Shown piece after piece: positions 1 to 7,645 of a stretch of 43,129 nucleotides of DNA (positions are counted from its first letter, which is position 1; each line of letters opens with the position of its first letter). Source of the stretch: Thermodesulfovibrionia bacterium (GTDB lineage Bacteria; Nitrospirota; Thermodesulfovibrionia; UBA6902); contig CALZJD010000003.1 of the NCBI GenBank assembly GCA_945787795.1, positions 1 through 43,129 of the forward strand, given 5' to 3'. The position numbers were made by a program, and so were the translations under genes. The notes below the pieces were generated by a model. That model did not search any database. It saw nothing but the letters and a program-made list of their open reading frames with translations, and was not told the origin of the DNA.

Positions 1-1
1 G

Positions 2-268
2 ATGACTGCAGCATCTGTATCACTTGGAGGAATGATCGGTTTTATAGGACTGCTGGTCCCCCATATCGGAAGGTTTGTCATAGGATCGGACAGTCGTATC
101 CTGATACCTGTCTCTGCCATTGGTGGAGGAGTGCTGCTTTGCATCGCTGATCTGATAGGGAAATCCATAGTCTCACCAATGGAACTGCCGGCAGGTATTA
201 TGACCGCCATACTCGGAGCGCCCTATTTTCTTTATCTTTTAAGGAGAAAAGATGTTCTCAGCTTCTGA
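2..268 (+). CDS. FecCD/BtuC-family ABC transporter permease, C-terminal fragment (5' end outside window)
   Basis: The ORF is open from the window edge. The hydrophobic C-terminus ...MELPAGIMTAILGAPYFLYLL is typical of FecCD-family permeases. Its stop overlaps the start of the downstream ATPase. Confidence 0.8.
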   Translation: MTAASVSLGGMIGFIGLLVPHIGRFVIGSDSRILIPVSAIGGGVLLCIADLIGKSIVSPMELPAGIMTAILGAPYFLYLLRRKDVLSF

Positions 269-1016
269 CAGACCTATTCTTGATTTTGAAAGTGTCGACT
301 TTTCCTATGAAAAGGGAACGCCTTTTATAAAGGATATCTCCCTTTCTATTGACAACGGGGAATTTATAGGTCTTCTCGGTGCAAACGGGTCAGGCAAATC
401 AACAATCCTGAAACTGGCAAGCGGGATATTGAAACCTTTATCAGGACAGGTACATCTCTGGGGCAAGGAACTGGGGAGTTTTCCAAACAGGGACAGGGCA
501 AAGCTTTTGAGTTACCTGCCGCAGTTTCTGGATATGAATATACCTTTTACCGTGAGGGAATTCGTTGGAATGGGACTGTATCCCTATGACACCATGCCTG
601 AGTTGTCTGTTGATGATGCGATCAATATGGTCGGGCTGGCAGATTACGCCGGATCTCTGATAACAACTCTCAGCGGCGGAGAAAGACGCAGAGTATACAT
701 TGCAATGACGCTTCTTCAGGGAGCAGGGCTTGTGCTTCTTGATGAACCTCTGGCCAACCTGGACATCAAATACCAGATGGAATTAATCAGGCTTCTCAAA
801 GATCTGGGGGCCAACAGGAATATTACCGCAATTATGGCTCTGCATGACATAAACATAGCTTTTCTGTTCGACAGGTTGCTCCTGGTTATGGAAGGCAAAA
901 TTATCGGCAGCGGCAAACCTGAAAACGTGCTGACAAAGGAGATGCTTAAACAGGCATTTGACATAGACATCGAACTGAAGAAAGAAGATTCAGGAGGAAT
1001 ATATATAAGGTACTAG
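252..1016 (+). CDS. ABC transporter ATP-binding protein (iron-siderophore/cobalamin type, FecE/BtuD-like)
   Basis: Walker A GANGSGKST, ABC signature LSGGERRR and Walker B LVLLDEP are present. An AAGGAG RBS precedes the ATG. Confidence 0.9.
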   Translation: MFSASDRPILDFESVDFSYEKGTPFIKDISLSIDNGEFIGLLGANGSGKSTILKLASGILKPLSGQVHLWGKELGSFPNRDRAKLLSYLPQFLDMNIPFTVREFVGMGLYPYDTMPELSVDDAINMVGLADYAGSLITTLSGGERRRVYIAMTLLQGAGLVLLDEPLANLDIKYQMELIRLLKDLGANRNITAIMALHDINIAFLFDRLLLVMEGKIIGSGKPENVLTKEMLKQAFDIDIELKKEDSGGIYIRY

Positions 1017-1068
1017 TCCGAGAAAACCAAGTTAACCTAATTTATGAAAAATCTGGAGGATGCTACAT

Positions 1069-3069
1069 ATGAAGCAGTTAATAATGATCATGGTGATCAT
1101 TTTACTTTCAATAACGTCAGTTCGGGCAGCACAGGAAGAGACAGTTAAGGTTGGTGAGGTAGTTGTGACGGCCTCAAGGTATGAGGAAGAGAGGAAGTCC
1201 GTCCCTGCACACATCTCAGTAATAGATGACGCAGATATCAGCAATTCCAATGCACAGAACATTCCTGACATTATAAGAAGCGAAGCAGGTATTTATGTGT
1301 CTGACATAACAGGCAATAAGCGTTCCGTGACTGTAGACATCCACGGATTCGGAGAAACCGCTGATCGTAATACACTTGTCCTTGTTGACGGCAGGCGTGT
1401 TAACCAGGCTGACCTGAGCGGCACGGACTGGACCCAGATTCCGCTTGACCGTGTTGCAAGGATAGAGATAATGAGAGGCGGTCAGGGAGGGGTTCTCTAT
1501 GGGGATAATGCCTCGGGCGGTGTTATAAATATAATTACAAAAAAGGGCAGCGAGATGAAATACGGTGCCGGTGCAGCTTATGGCAGCTATGAGACATTGA
1601 AAGGTAACTTCTTTCTGTCAGGTAAGAGAGACATGGCTGCTTTTTCATTAAACGGCAGCTACCTGAATTCTGGCGGCTACAGAAGAAATAGTGAGACTGA
1701 AGCAAAAGATGTGGGCATTGACCTTGATATATTTGTTAACGACTCTATCAATTTGAACCTGAGCAGCGGATACCATGAGGATAATACAGAGCTGCCGGGT
1801 GGATTGTTAAAGAGTGATCTTGACGCCGGGATTTCAAGAGATGATACAGTCGAACCAGATAATTTTTCAGATACGAAAGATTATTACATAAAAGCAACGC
1901 CTGAATATTACTTTATGGAAAACGGAATTGCCAGGGTAGATCTCTCATACAGGAATAGAAAATTCATCTCTTTCTATGCATATTCAAATATTTTTGGAGA
2001 AGGAGATTTTACAGGTGACGCAGAGATAGACACGATAACCGTCTCTCCGCAATTGATACTTAAAGGCTCAACCAGGGGCATTAATTATACATTATCCCTC
2101 GGCTTTGACTACCAGTCCGTTGAGGAAAACATCATAAATGACTCAAATGACGGAGGAGTTCCTCAGCCAACAGAAAAGTTTGACCTTGATAAGTCCAGCT
2201 ATGGATTTTACATACATGATGAGTTGGATATTACTGAGAAGCTCGAGGTTTTAGGCGGATACAGGCATGATGAGGCTGAATTCAAATATAGGCCAAGTAC
2301 GCCGGGCAGCAGGAAACTAAAAGAGGATGCCTATTCAGCCGGGGCAAACTATCTGCTTTCTGACAATGTTTCAGCTTACATTAATTTCTCCAGAAGCTTC
2401 AGATATCCTGTTCTTGACGAATTCTACAACTACTATACAAACGTTATAGACACATCACTTGTTCCTCAGAAATCTGACGACCTGGAGATCGGCGTCCGTC
2501 TAAAAGTGAACGAAGGAACATCAGCGCATGCAAACTTATTCAGGATAAGCACAAAGGATGAGATATTCTTCAATCCTGTCACCGGGTTAAATGCGAACCT
2601 TGACGGTAAATCTTTGAGAAAAGGGGTTGAGCTTGCAGTTAATTCACGTATTTCCGAGATGATAGCTGTCAACGCAAGCTACACCTATGTAGATGCTGAG
2701 ATTAAGGATGGTATGTTCGCAGGGAATGCTTTCCCGCATGTGCCGAAAAACAAGGTGACAGGCGAGGTCCTGATTTTTCCAGTGGAAGGCCTTATGCTTG
2801 GTCTCAACGCCGTCTTTACAGACAGCCGTCCGTTCATCAGTGATTTTTCAAACAGCTTTGACAAACAGGAAGAGTTTTTAGTAGTTAACAGCAAGTTGAA
2901 ATTTAAACGGGACAAAATAACAGTATCCCTGGATATTAACAACCTGTTTGATGAGGATTATTCAGAATATGGTGTTTTAGGATTCAATCTTAATACTTTT
3001 GCATATGAGAGAGCATTTTATCCTTCACCCGGAAGAAACTTTCTCGCAGGTGCCTCTGTTGAATTTTAA
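1069..3069 (+). CDS. TonB-dependent outer-membrane receptor (BtuB/corrinoid- or siderophore-type)
   Basis: Signal peptide ending ...SVRA/AQEE, TonB-box-like EVVVTASR, plug-domain motifs and a C-terminal beta-barrel ending in ...ASVEF. I placed the start at the ATG 9 nt after the GGAGG RBS; the ORF track's ATG at 1060 is the alternative. Confidence 0.85.
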   Translation: MKQLIMIMVIILLSITSVRAAQEETVKVGEVVVTASRYEEERKSVPAHISVIDDADISNSNAQNIPDIIRSEAGIYVSDITGNKRSVTVDIHGFGETADRNTLVLVDGRRVNQADLSGTDWTQIPLDRVARIEIMRGGQGGVLYGDNASGGVINIITKKGSEMKYGAGAAYGSYETLKGNFFLSGKRDMAAFSLNGSYLNSGGYRRNSETEAKDVGIDLDIFVNDSINLNLSSGYHEDNTELPGGLLKSDLDAGISRDDTVEPDNFSDTKDYYIKATPEYYFMENGIARVDLSYRNRKFISFYAYSNIFGEGDFTGDAEIDTITVSPQLILKGSTRGINYTLSLGFDYQSVEENIINDSNDGGVPQPTEKFDLDKSSYGFYIHDELDITEKLEVLGGYRHDEAEFKYRPSTPGSRKLKEDAYSAGANYLLSDNVSAYINFSRSFRYPVLDEFYNYYTNVIDTSLVPQKSDDLEIGVRLKVNEGTSAHANLFRISTKDEIFFNPVTGLNANLDGKSLRKGVELAVNSRISEMIAVNASYTYVDAEIKDGMFAGNAFPHVPKNKVTGEVLIFPVEGLMLGLNAVFTDSRPFISDFSNSFDKQEEFLVVNSKLKFKRDKITVSLDINNLFDEDYSEYGVLGFNLNTFAYERAFYPSPGRNFLAGASVEF

Positions 3070-3097
3070 TCGCTACGTTCAAGGGATATAAATTAAA

Positions 3098-3835
3098 ATG
3101 GAATTACAAAAGACATTTATCATTTCAGTCTTTGTGCATGTTATTTTTTCTGCTGCCCTTTTATTTTCCGCGGTATTATTCAAGGGCAGCGGGAATAGTG
3201 ATGAGGAGAAAGTTTTCTTCGTGGAACTGGCTATGGAGAAAAATAATGCGGATAGCATGAAATTAGTTTCGAAAAAGAAAGCATTCGCACCGGCAAAAGT
3301 TCAGGGAAAAAATCTGGTTAATGAAAAGCCGCCTGAAATAGTTACGTCAGAGGTTGCCCTGAAACAGGTGCCGGAACTTAGTGAAGAAAAGGTCGTTGAT
3401 AATAACGACCCGATGCAGACGGACACCGATGAAGCAAACGCTGATGAGGAACCGCTACCGGATGATGTACCGGATAGTTCTGAAAATCAGAGAGAAACAG
3501 TTAATGCATCTCTGTTTGCTTCTGTTGAAAGTAAAGGCCCCGGAAATGGCACAGCCAGATCAGGCCTGTCACCTTCCATGCTCGAATTGATCGGAAAAGC
3601 AATAGAAAATGTAAAATCCTATCCAATGCTGGCAAGAAAAAGGGGAATGGAAGGCACTGTTCATGTAAGTTTCAGGATTAATGAAAGCGGCAGGCCCGAT
3701 GAGATCGAGATAAAAAAGAGCTCAGGCCACAGCATCCTTGATTCAGCTACAGTTAAGGTGGTAAAAAAGGCAGCCCCTTACCCTCATACAAATAACAGAG
3801 TTGAAGTACCTGTTGCATACAGGCTCAGAAAGTGA
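3098..3835 (+). CDS. tonB: Energy transducer TonB
   Basis: N-terminal TM helix, acidic/Pro-rich linker and a TonB C-terminal domain (YPMLARKRGMEGTVHVSFRINESGRP...SSGHSILD). Confidence 0.85.
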   Translation: MELQKTFIISVFVHVIFSAALLFSAVLFKGSGNSDEEKVFFVELAMEKNNADSMKLVSKKKAFAPAKVQGKNLVNEKPPEIVTSEVALKQVPELSEEKVVDNNDPMQTDTDEANADEEPLPDDVPDSSENQRETVNASLFASVESKGPGNGTARSGLSPSMLELIGKAIENVKSYPMLARKRGMEGTVHVSFRINESGRPDEIEIKKSSGHSILDSATVKVVKKAAPYPHTNNRVEVPVAYRLRK

Positions 3836-3851
3836 ACAGAGAGATTTTCAG

Positions 3852-4412
3852 ATGTCAGTAAAAATAACATTTGTCATTGGTGGTGCGAGAAGCGGTAAAA
3901 GCTCATTCGTTCTCAACGTGGTATCTAAGCTTGAGGGCGCGAGGGCCTACATCGCAACCGGAGAAGCCCTTGATGACGAAATGCATAATAGGATCAGCAA
4001 ACACAAGGAAGACAGAGGCCCTGAGTGGAACACGTATGAGGAACCGCTAGAAATAGCACATGTTCTTTCAGACATCTTAGACGATCATAGTATTATCGTG
4101 ATTGATTGTCTCACATTGTGGTTGTCGAATGTTCTGATTAGAACCAAGAACAAAGAGCAAAGAACAAAAACTACGGAAGAAAGCATGAAGGAGCTTATTG
4201 ATGTGTTGCAGGGTATCAAGAACTCGTCACCCGTCACGCGTCACGCGTCACGGCTGTTCATCGTTTCCAACGAACTCGGCATGGGCATTGTGCCTGAAAA
4301 TGCAATGGCAAGGGAGTTCAGGGACCTGACAGGTTTTCTCAACCAGAAAGTTGCAGAAATAGCAGATGAGGTATTTCTTGTTACAGCAGGGATACCAATG
4401 AAAATAAAGTAG
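3852..4412 (+). CDS. cobU: Adenosylcobinamide kinase / adenosylcobinamide-phosphate guanylyltransferase
   Basis: P-loop VIGGARSGKS near the N-terminus and the conserved SNELGMGIVPEN...FRD motifs. I chose the start at MSVKITFVIGG; the track's 3801 start overlaps the tonB end and adds non-homologous residues. Confidence 0.88.
   Translation: MSVKITFVIGGARSGKSSFVLNVVSKLEGARAYIATGEALDDEMHNRISKHKEDRGPEWNTYEEPLEIAHVLSDILDDHSIIVIDCLTLWLSNVLIRTKNKEQRTKTTEESMKELIDVLQGIKNSSPVTRHASRLFIVSNELGMGIVPENAMAREFRDLTGFLNQKVAEIADEVFLVTAGIPMKIK
4146..4175 (+). repeat. In-frame heptamer-periodic cassette (AAAGARC units) inside cobU, encoding KNKEQRTKTT
   Basis: The sequence aagaacaaagagcaaagaacaaaaactacg shares the core CAAAGAGCAAAGA(A/G)CAAA with 6643-6672 in cobC. 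Confidence 0.6.
4221..4250 (+). repeat. In-frame 30-nt CGTCAC-heptamer cassette inside cobU, encoding NSSPVTRHAS
   Basis: The sequence AACTCGTCACCCGTCACGCGTCACGCGTCA is 28/30 identical to 8165-8194 and 24/30 identical to 32627-32656. It has a 7-nt periodicity (NNCGTCA x4). Confidence 0.8.
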
Positions 4413-4443
4413 GGGCTGTCCATGAATTGCTATTTTCCATTTT

Positions 4444-4525
4444 TGTCATGCCCGAAGTCTGTAGTCGGGCATCCAGAATCTGTTGAAAAAACTGGATTCC
4501 CGCCTAAAAGAACGCGGGAATGACA
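4444..4525. repeat. TGTCAT(T/G)CC nested-palindrome repeat (two hairpin units in inverted orientation), cobU-cobT spacer
   Basis: The structure is tgtcatgcccga..tcgggcatccag / ctggattcccgc..gcgggaatgaca. The same unit recurs at 9137, 25108, 31706, 39678, 42076 and 42177. Confidence 0.8.
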
Positions 4526-4639
4526 ACTCAATGTTTTAATTTATGGACAGACACTAAATGGATAAAAAACGATCAACGATGGTTCAACAGTAGAGCAATT
4601 GTTGAGCTACTGTTAAACAATATTTATAAGGAGGAAATC

Positions 4640-5656
4640 ATGGACTTACATTCATTAGCAGAAAGCATCACCCATACTAACGGCAAGTTCGGAGACGAGG
4701 CACAGCAGAGGCTGGACAGTCTTACGAAGCCGCAGGGCAGCCTTGGAAGGCTTGAGGAATTCGCAAAGCAGCTGGTTGCCATTACAGAACAGAAAATGCC
4801 TGATCTGGATAAAAAAGTAATATTTACATTTGCAGGAGATCATGGGGTAGCGGATGAAGGTGTGTCTGCAGGCATTAATGTCCTTGCACGTCATGCAGGA
4901 GCTGATGTTGTTGTAGTCGACGTGGGCGTAGATCACGATTTTGGTGATGTAGGGGCACGTTGCAACGTGCCCTTACTGATTAAAAAAGTGGTATCCGGAA
5001 CAAAAAATATGAGAAAAGGCCCCGCAATGACCAGGGAAGAAGCTGTCAAATGTATTGAAGTGGGAATGGCGCTTGCAACTGATTATGCTAAAAAAGGTTA
5101 CAAAATTTTCGGCACAGGAGACATGGGGATCGCAAACACAACACCATCAAGTGCAATCACTGCGGTACTTACAGGGAAATCAGTTGAAGACATTACAGGC
5201 AGAGGCACTGGCATTAATAATGATGCATGGAAGAACAAAGTGCAGGTTATCAGGGACGCTATTGAGCTGAATAAACCTGACGCATCTGATGCTATTGATG
5301 TTCTTGCAAAAGTCGGCGGCGCTGAAATTGGAGGCATCGCAGGTCTGATTCTTGGTGCTGCAGCAAACAAGGTCCCTGTTGTCGTTGATGGATTTATTTC
5401 CACAGCAGGTGCTTTAATAGCATACATTATTGATCCCAAAACAAGAGACTATATGTTTGCAGCCCACAAGTCCCAGGAAATAGGACATACTGCAATGCTT
5501 GATAAAATGGGGCTCAGGCCTATAGTAGATCTTGATCTCAGACTTGGTGAGGGAACAGGCGCAGCCCTGGCAATACTTCTGATAGAAGCCGGGTTAAAGA
5601 TTTACAAAGAAATGGCAACCTTTGAAGAGGCAGCGGTATCAAATAAGGAGAACTAA
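4640..5656 (+). CDS. cobT: Nicotinate-nucleotide--dimethylbenzimidazole phosphoribosyltransferase (lacks a conserved internal segment, see findings)
   Basis: Motifs [29 protein letters not shown] and [11 protein letters not shown] are present. The start at 4640 is preceded by an AAGGAGG RBS. The track's start at 4520 lies in repeat DNA. Confidence 0.85.
   Translation: MDLHSLAESITHTNGKFGDEAQQRLDSLTKPQGSLGRLEEFAKQLVAITEQKMPDLDKKVIFTFAGDHGVADEGVSAGINVLARHAGADVVVVDVGVDHDFGDVGARCNVPLLIKKVVSGTKNMRKGPAMTREEAVKCIEVGMALATDYAKKGYKIFGTGDMGIANTTPSSAITAVLTGKSVEDITGRGTGINNDAWKNKVQVIRDAIELNKPDASDAIDVLAKVGGAEIGGIAGLILGAAANKVPVVVDGFISTAGALIAYIIDPKTRDYMFAAHKSQEIGHTAMLDKMGLRPIVDLDLRLGEGTGAALAILLIEAGLKIYKEMATFEEAAVSNKEN
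4949..4976. repeat. 28-nt near-perfect palindrome inside cobT (core 20 nt perfect, 4953-4972)
   Basis: The sequence is GTAGGGGCACGTTGCAACGTGCCCTTAC. GGGCACGTTG and CAACGTGCCC are exact reverse complements. It is in frame and encodes VGARCNVPL. Confidence 0.8.
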
Positions 5657-5740
5657 GAGCACAGAAACCAGAGCACAGACTACTTATTTTATCTTTTTTT
5701 ATCTTTAGTCTGTATTCTGTCATCTGTGATCTGTAATCTG
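5657..5740 (+). repeat. Inverted heptamer arrays forming a long imperfect hairpin between cobT and cobS
   Basis: The left arm is (N)CAGNNN units (gagcacagaaaccagagcacagact). The right arm is NNTCTGT units (agtctgtattctgtcatctgtgatctgtaatctg). About 17/22 positions pair, and the loop is a T-rich 25 nt. The right arm abuts the cobS ATG. Confidence 0.7.
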
Positions 5741-6526
5741 ATGAGAAAACTAATTCTGGCATTCCAGTTCCTGACAATCATACCGGTAAAGGACACCGGA
5801 GAAATCCCTGATGAGGAGATGGGCCGTGTTGCTGCCTCTTTTCCTGTTGTGGGGTTTGCTGAAGGAACAGTACTTGCCTGTCTTGCATTTCTCCTTTTAA
5901 AAATTCTTCCTGCTGAAGTTGTAAGTGCACTGCTGGTGCTTGTAATGACAATATTAAATGGCGGGCTTCACCTTGACGGCCTTGCCGACACCTTTGACGC
6001 TATCGCCGCCAGAGGTGACAGTGAGAGAAAGCTTTCCATAATGAAGGACAGTTCTACAGGCCCGGCTGGAGTCATTTCGATAGTAATTGTTTTGCTGCTT
6101 ACCTATGTACTACTTAATGCCGTTCATTTTCATGCATCAAAAGACCTCTACTTCGGTATAGTTTTACTTATGCCTGTTGTTTCCCGCTGGACAATGGTGC
6201 CTGCTCTTTACTATGGGAAACCAGCCAGACAGGACGGGTTAGGTAAAGTATTTATAGAATTTACAGGATTAAGAGAGCTCATACTTTCGACATTACTCAT
6301 GTTTCTGGTTGTGGTGATGTATGCTCTTGTATTCTCAGACGTTAACCTGTTTGTTTCATTCTGCATGATGAATTTCCCCGTATTATATGGATTCTGTCTT
6401 CTTACTGTATGGTTTTCAAATATTCATTTTGAAGGATTAACTGGAGACATATTAGGAGCAGTGAATGAAATTGCAAAACTTTTATTTTTAATTACATCAT
6501 TATTATGGCTACAACAGTCTACTTAA
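5741..6526 (+). CDS. cobS: Adenosylcobinamide-GDP ribazoletransferase (cobalamin 5'-phosphate synthase)
   Basis: Polytopic membrane protein with N-terminal LAFQFLTIIPV and the GGLHLDGLADTFD motif typical of CobS. Start taken at MRKLILAF. Confidence 0.88.
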   Translation: MRKLILAFQFLTIIPVKDTGEIPDEEMGRVAASFPVVGFAEGTVLACLAFLLLKILPAEVVSALLVLVMTILNGGLHLDGLADTFDAIAARGDSERKLSIMKDSSTGPAGVISIVIVLLLTYVLLNAVHFHASKDLYFGIVLLMPVVSRWTMVPALYYGKPARQDGLGKVFIEFTGLRELILSTLLMFLVVVMYALVFSDVNLFVSFCMMNFPVLYGFCLLTVWFSNIHFEGLTGDILGAVNEIAKLLFLITSLLWLQQST

Positions 6527-7128
6527 TAAGACACGGCAAAACAGTTGACGCGGATTCAAGGCGTTATAAGGGACATATTGATGTACCCTTGTCTGAGAAT
6601 GGGATCGGGCAGCTGGAAAAACTAGCTGAATATCTATCACAGACAAAAGAGCAAAGAGCAAAGAGCAAAGACATAAATGCTGTATATTCTTCCGGTTTAA
6701 GCCGTGCATTTAAAAGCGCTGAAATCATTGCAAAACCGTTTGGGCTCAAACCGGTCATCATTGAGGACCTTAAAGAGCGCAGCTTTGGCGCATGGGAGGG
6801 CATGACTTTTGATGAGATAAAAGAGAAATGGCCCGATGCGTTTAATGCATGGGCGGAGAATCCTCTGAAGTTCAGCCCTATGGAAGGAGAAAACACCTTG
6901 GAAGTTAAAGAGAGAGCTATGATGGCATTTAATGAAATAATCAGGAATCATAAAGATGAAGAAATAGCCATCGTTACCCATGGAGGAATAACCAGAGTGA
7001 TACTTTGTGAATTGCTCGAGATGCCGCTTGAAAATATATTTCGCATCGAACAGAGTTTTGCTGCATTGAATATAGTTGAATTTTGGGATTATCCTGTAGT
7101 TAAACTCATTAATGGGAGGATTGAGTGA
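6505..7128 (+). CDS. cobC: Alpha-ribazole phosphatase (histidine phosphatase family)
   Basis: The RHG motif (YLIRHGKT) and a later THGG histidine are present. It lies in the cob cluster and overlaps the cobS end. Confidence 0.8.
   Translation: MATTVYLIRHGKTVDADSRRYKGHIDVPLSENGIGQLEKLAEYLSQTKEQRAKSKDINAVYSSGLSRAFKSAEIIAKPFGLKPVIIEDLKERSFGAWEGMTFDEIKEKWPDAFNAWAENPLKFSPMEGENTLEVKERAMMAFNEIIRNHKDEEIAIVTHGGITRVILCELLEMPLENIFRIEQSFAALNIVEFWDYPVVKLINGRIE
6643..6672 (+). repeat. In-frame heptamer cassette (AAAGAGC x3-4) inside cobC, encoding TKEQRAKSKD
   Basis: The sequence is acaaaagagcaaagagcaaagagcaaagac. It is related to 4146-4175. Confidence 0.65.
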
Positions 7129-7238
7129 AAGTCAGTAGACAGGTGGGCAGACATATTAAAATCCAGAGTTGATATCTGTTATATATTAAGGCAGGTAGGG
7201 ATGGATGACTGCATGATAAATTTAACAAAGGGCATTAA

Positions 7239-7634
7239 ATGCACAACAAAGAAATTATAATTATTGTAGGTCACGGTAATCCTGAAAAAGAAGCAGACAG
7301 TACCGGTTATATATCTGAAGAGCTGCATAACCTTATCCATCCTTCATGCAATCATACGTGCGTAAGAATTGCTTATCTTCAGTTTATGAAGCCTGAGCTT
7401 CAGAAAGCGATCAACGATGCGGTGAATGATGGTGCTGAAAAAATAATAATACATCCCTATCTATTAAGCAGTGGATACCATGTATCAAAGAATATTCCCT
7501 TTATGATTGATAAGGCAAAAAAAGACCACCCTGACGTTAAATTTGTATATACTGAACCATTGGGTGCTCATAAAAAACTGGTGGAAGTGGTGCTTGAAAG
7601 AATCATGGCATCAACAGATCTTCAACATGATTAA
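7239..7634 (+). CDS. cbiX: Sirohydrochlorin cobaltochelatase, small CbiX(S) type
   Basis: At 131 aa it matches CbiX(S) size. It has IIIVGHGN... and HPYLLSSGYH motifs. Confidence 0.75.
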   Translation: MHNKEIIIIVGHGNPEKEADSTGYISEELHNLIHPSCNHTCVRIAYLQFMKPELQKAINDAVNDGAEKIIIHPYLLSSGYHVSKNIPFMIDKAKKDHPDVKFVYTEPLGAHKKLVEVVLERIMASTDLQHD

Positions 7635-7645
7635 AGAAAATTTAA

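Noticed and set aside
3801-3851. Upstream start of cobU overlapping tonB
   Set aside because: The P-loop of CobU-type kinases sits within about 10 residues of the N-terminus, so the 3852 ATG fits and the extension is not homologous.
4146-4250. Heptamer cassettes as a CRISPR-like array or spacer-sized units
   Set aside because: There are no alternating repeat-spacer units and the units are only 7 nt. The copies are dispersed inside CDS. No CRISPR array is present anywhere in the window.
4520-4639. N-terminal extension of cobT from the ORF-track start
   Set aside because: The extension begins inside a repeat element and adds 40 non-homologous residues. An AAGGAGG RBS precedes the ATG at 4640, where homology starts.
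7129-7238. Possible cobalamin riboswitch before cbiX, and also 1017-1068 before the TonB-dependent receptor
   Set aside because: No B12-box-like sequence or multi-stem architecture is visible, and the spacers are too short or too AT-rich.
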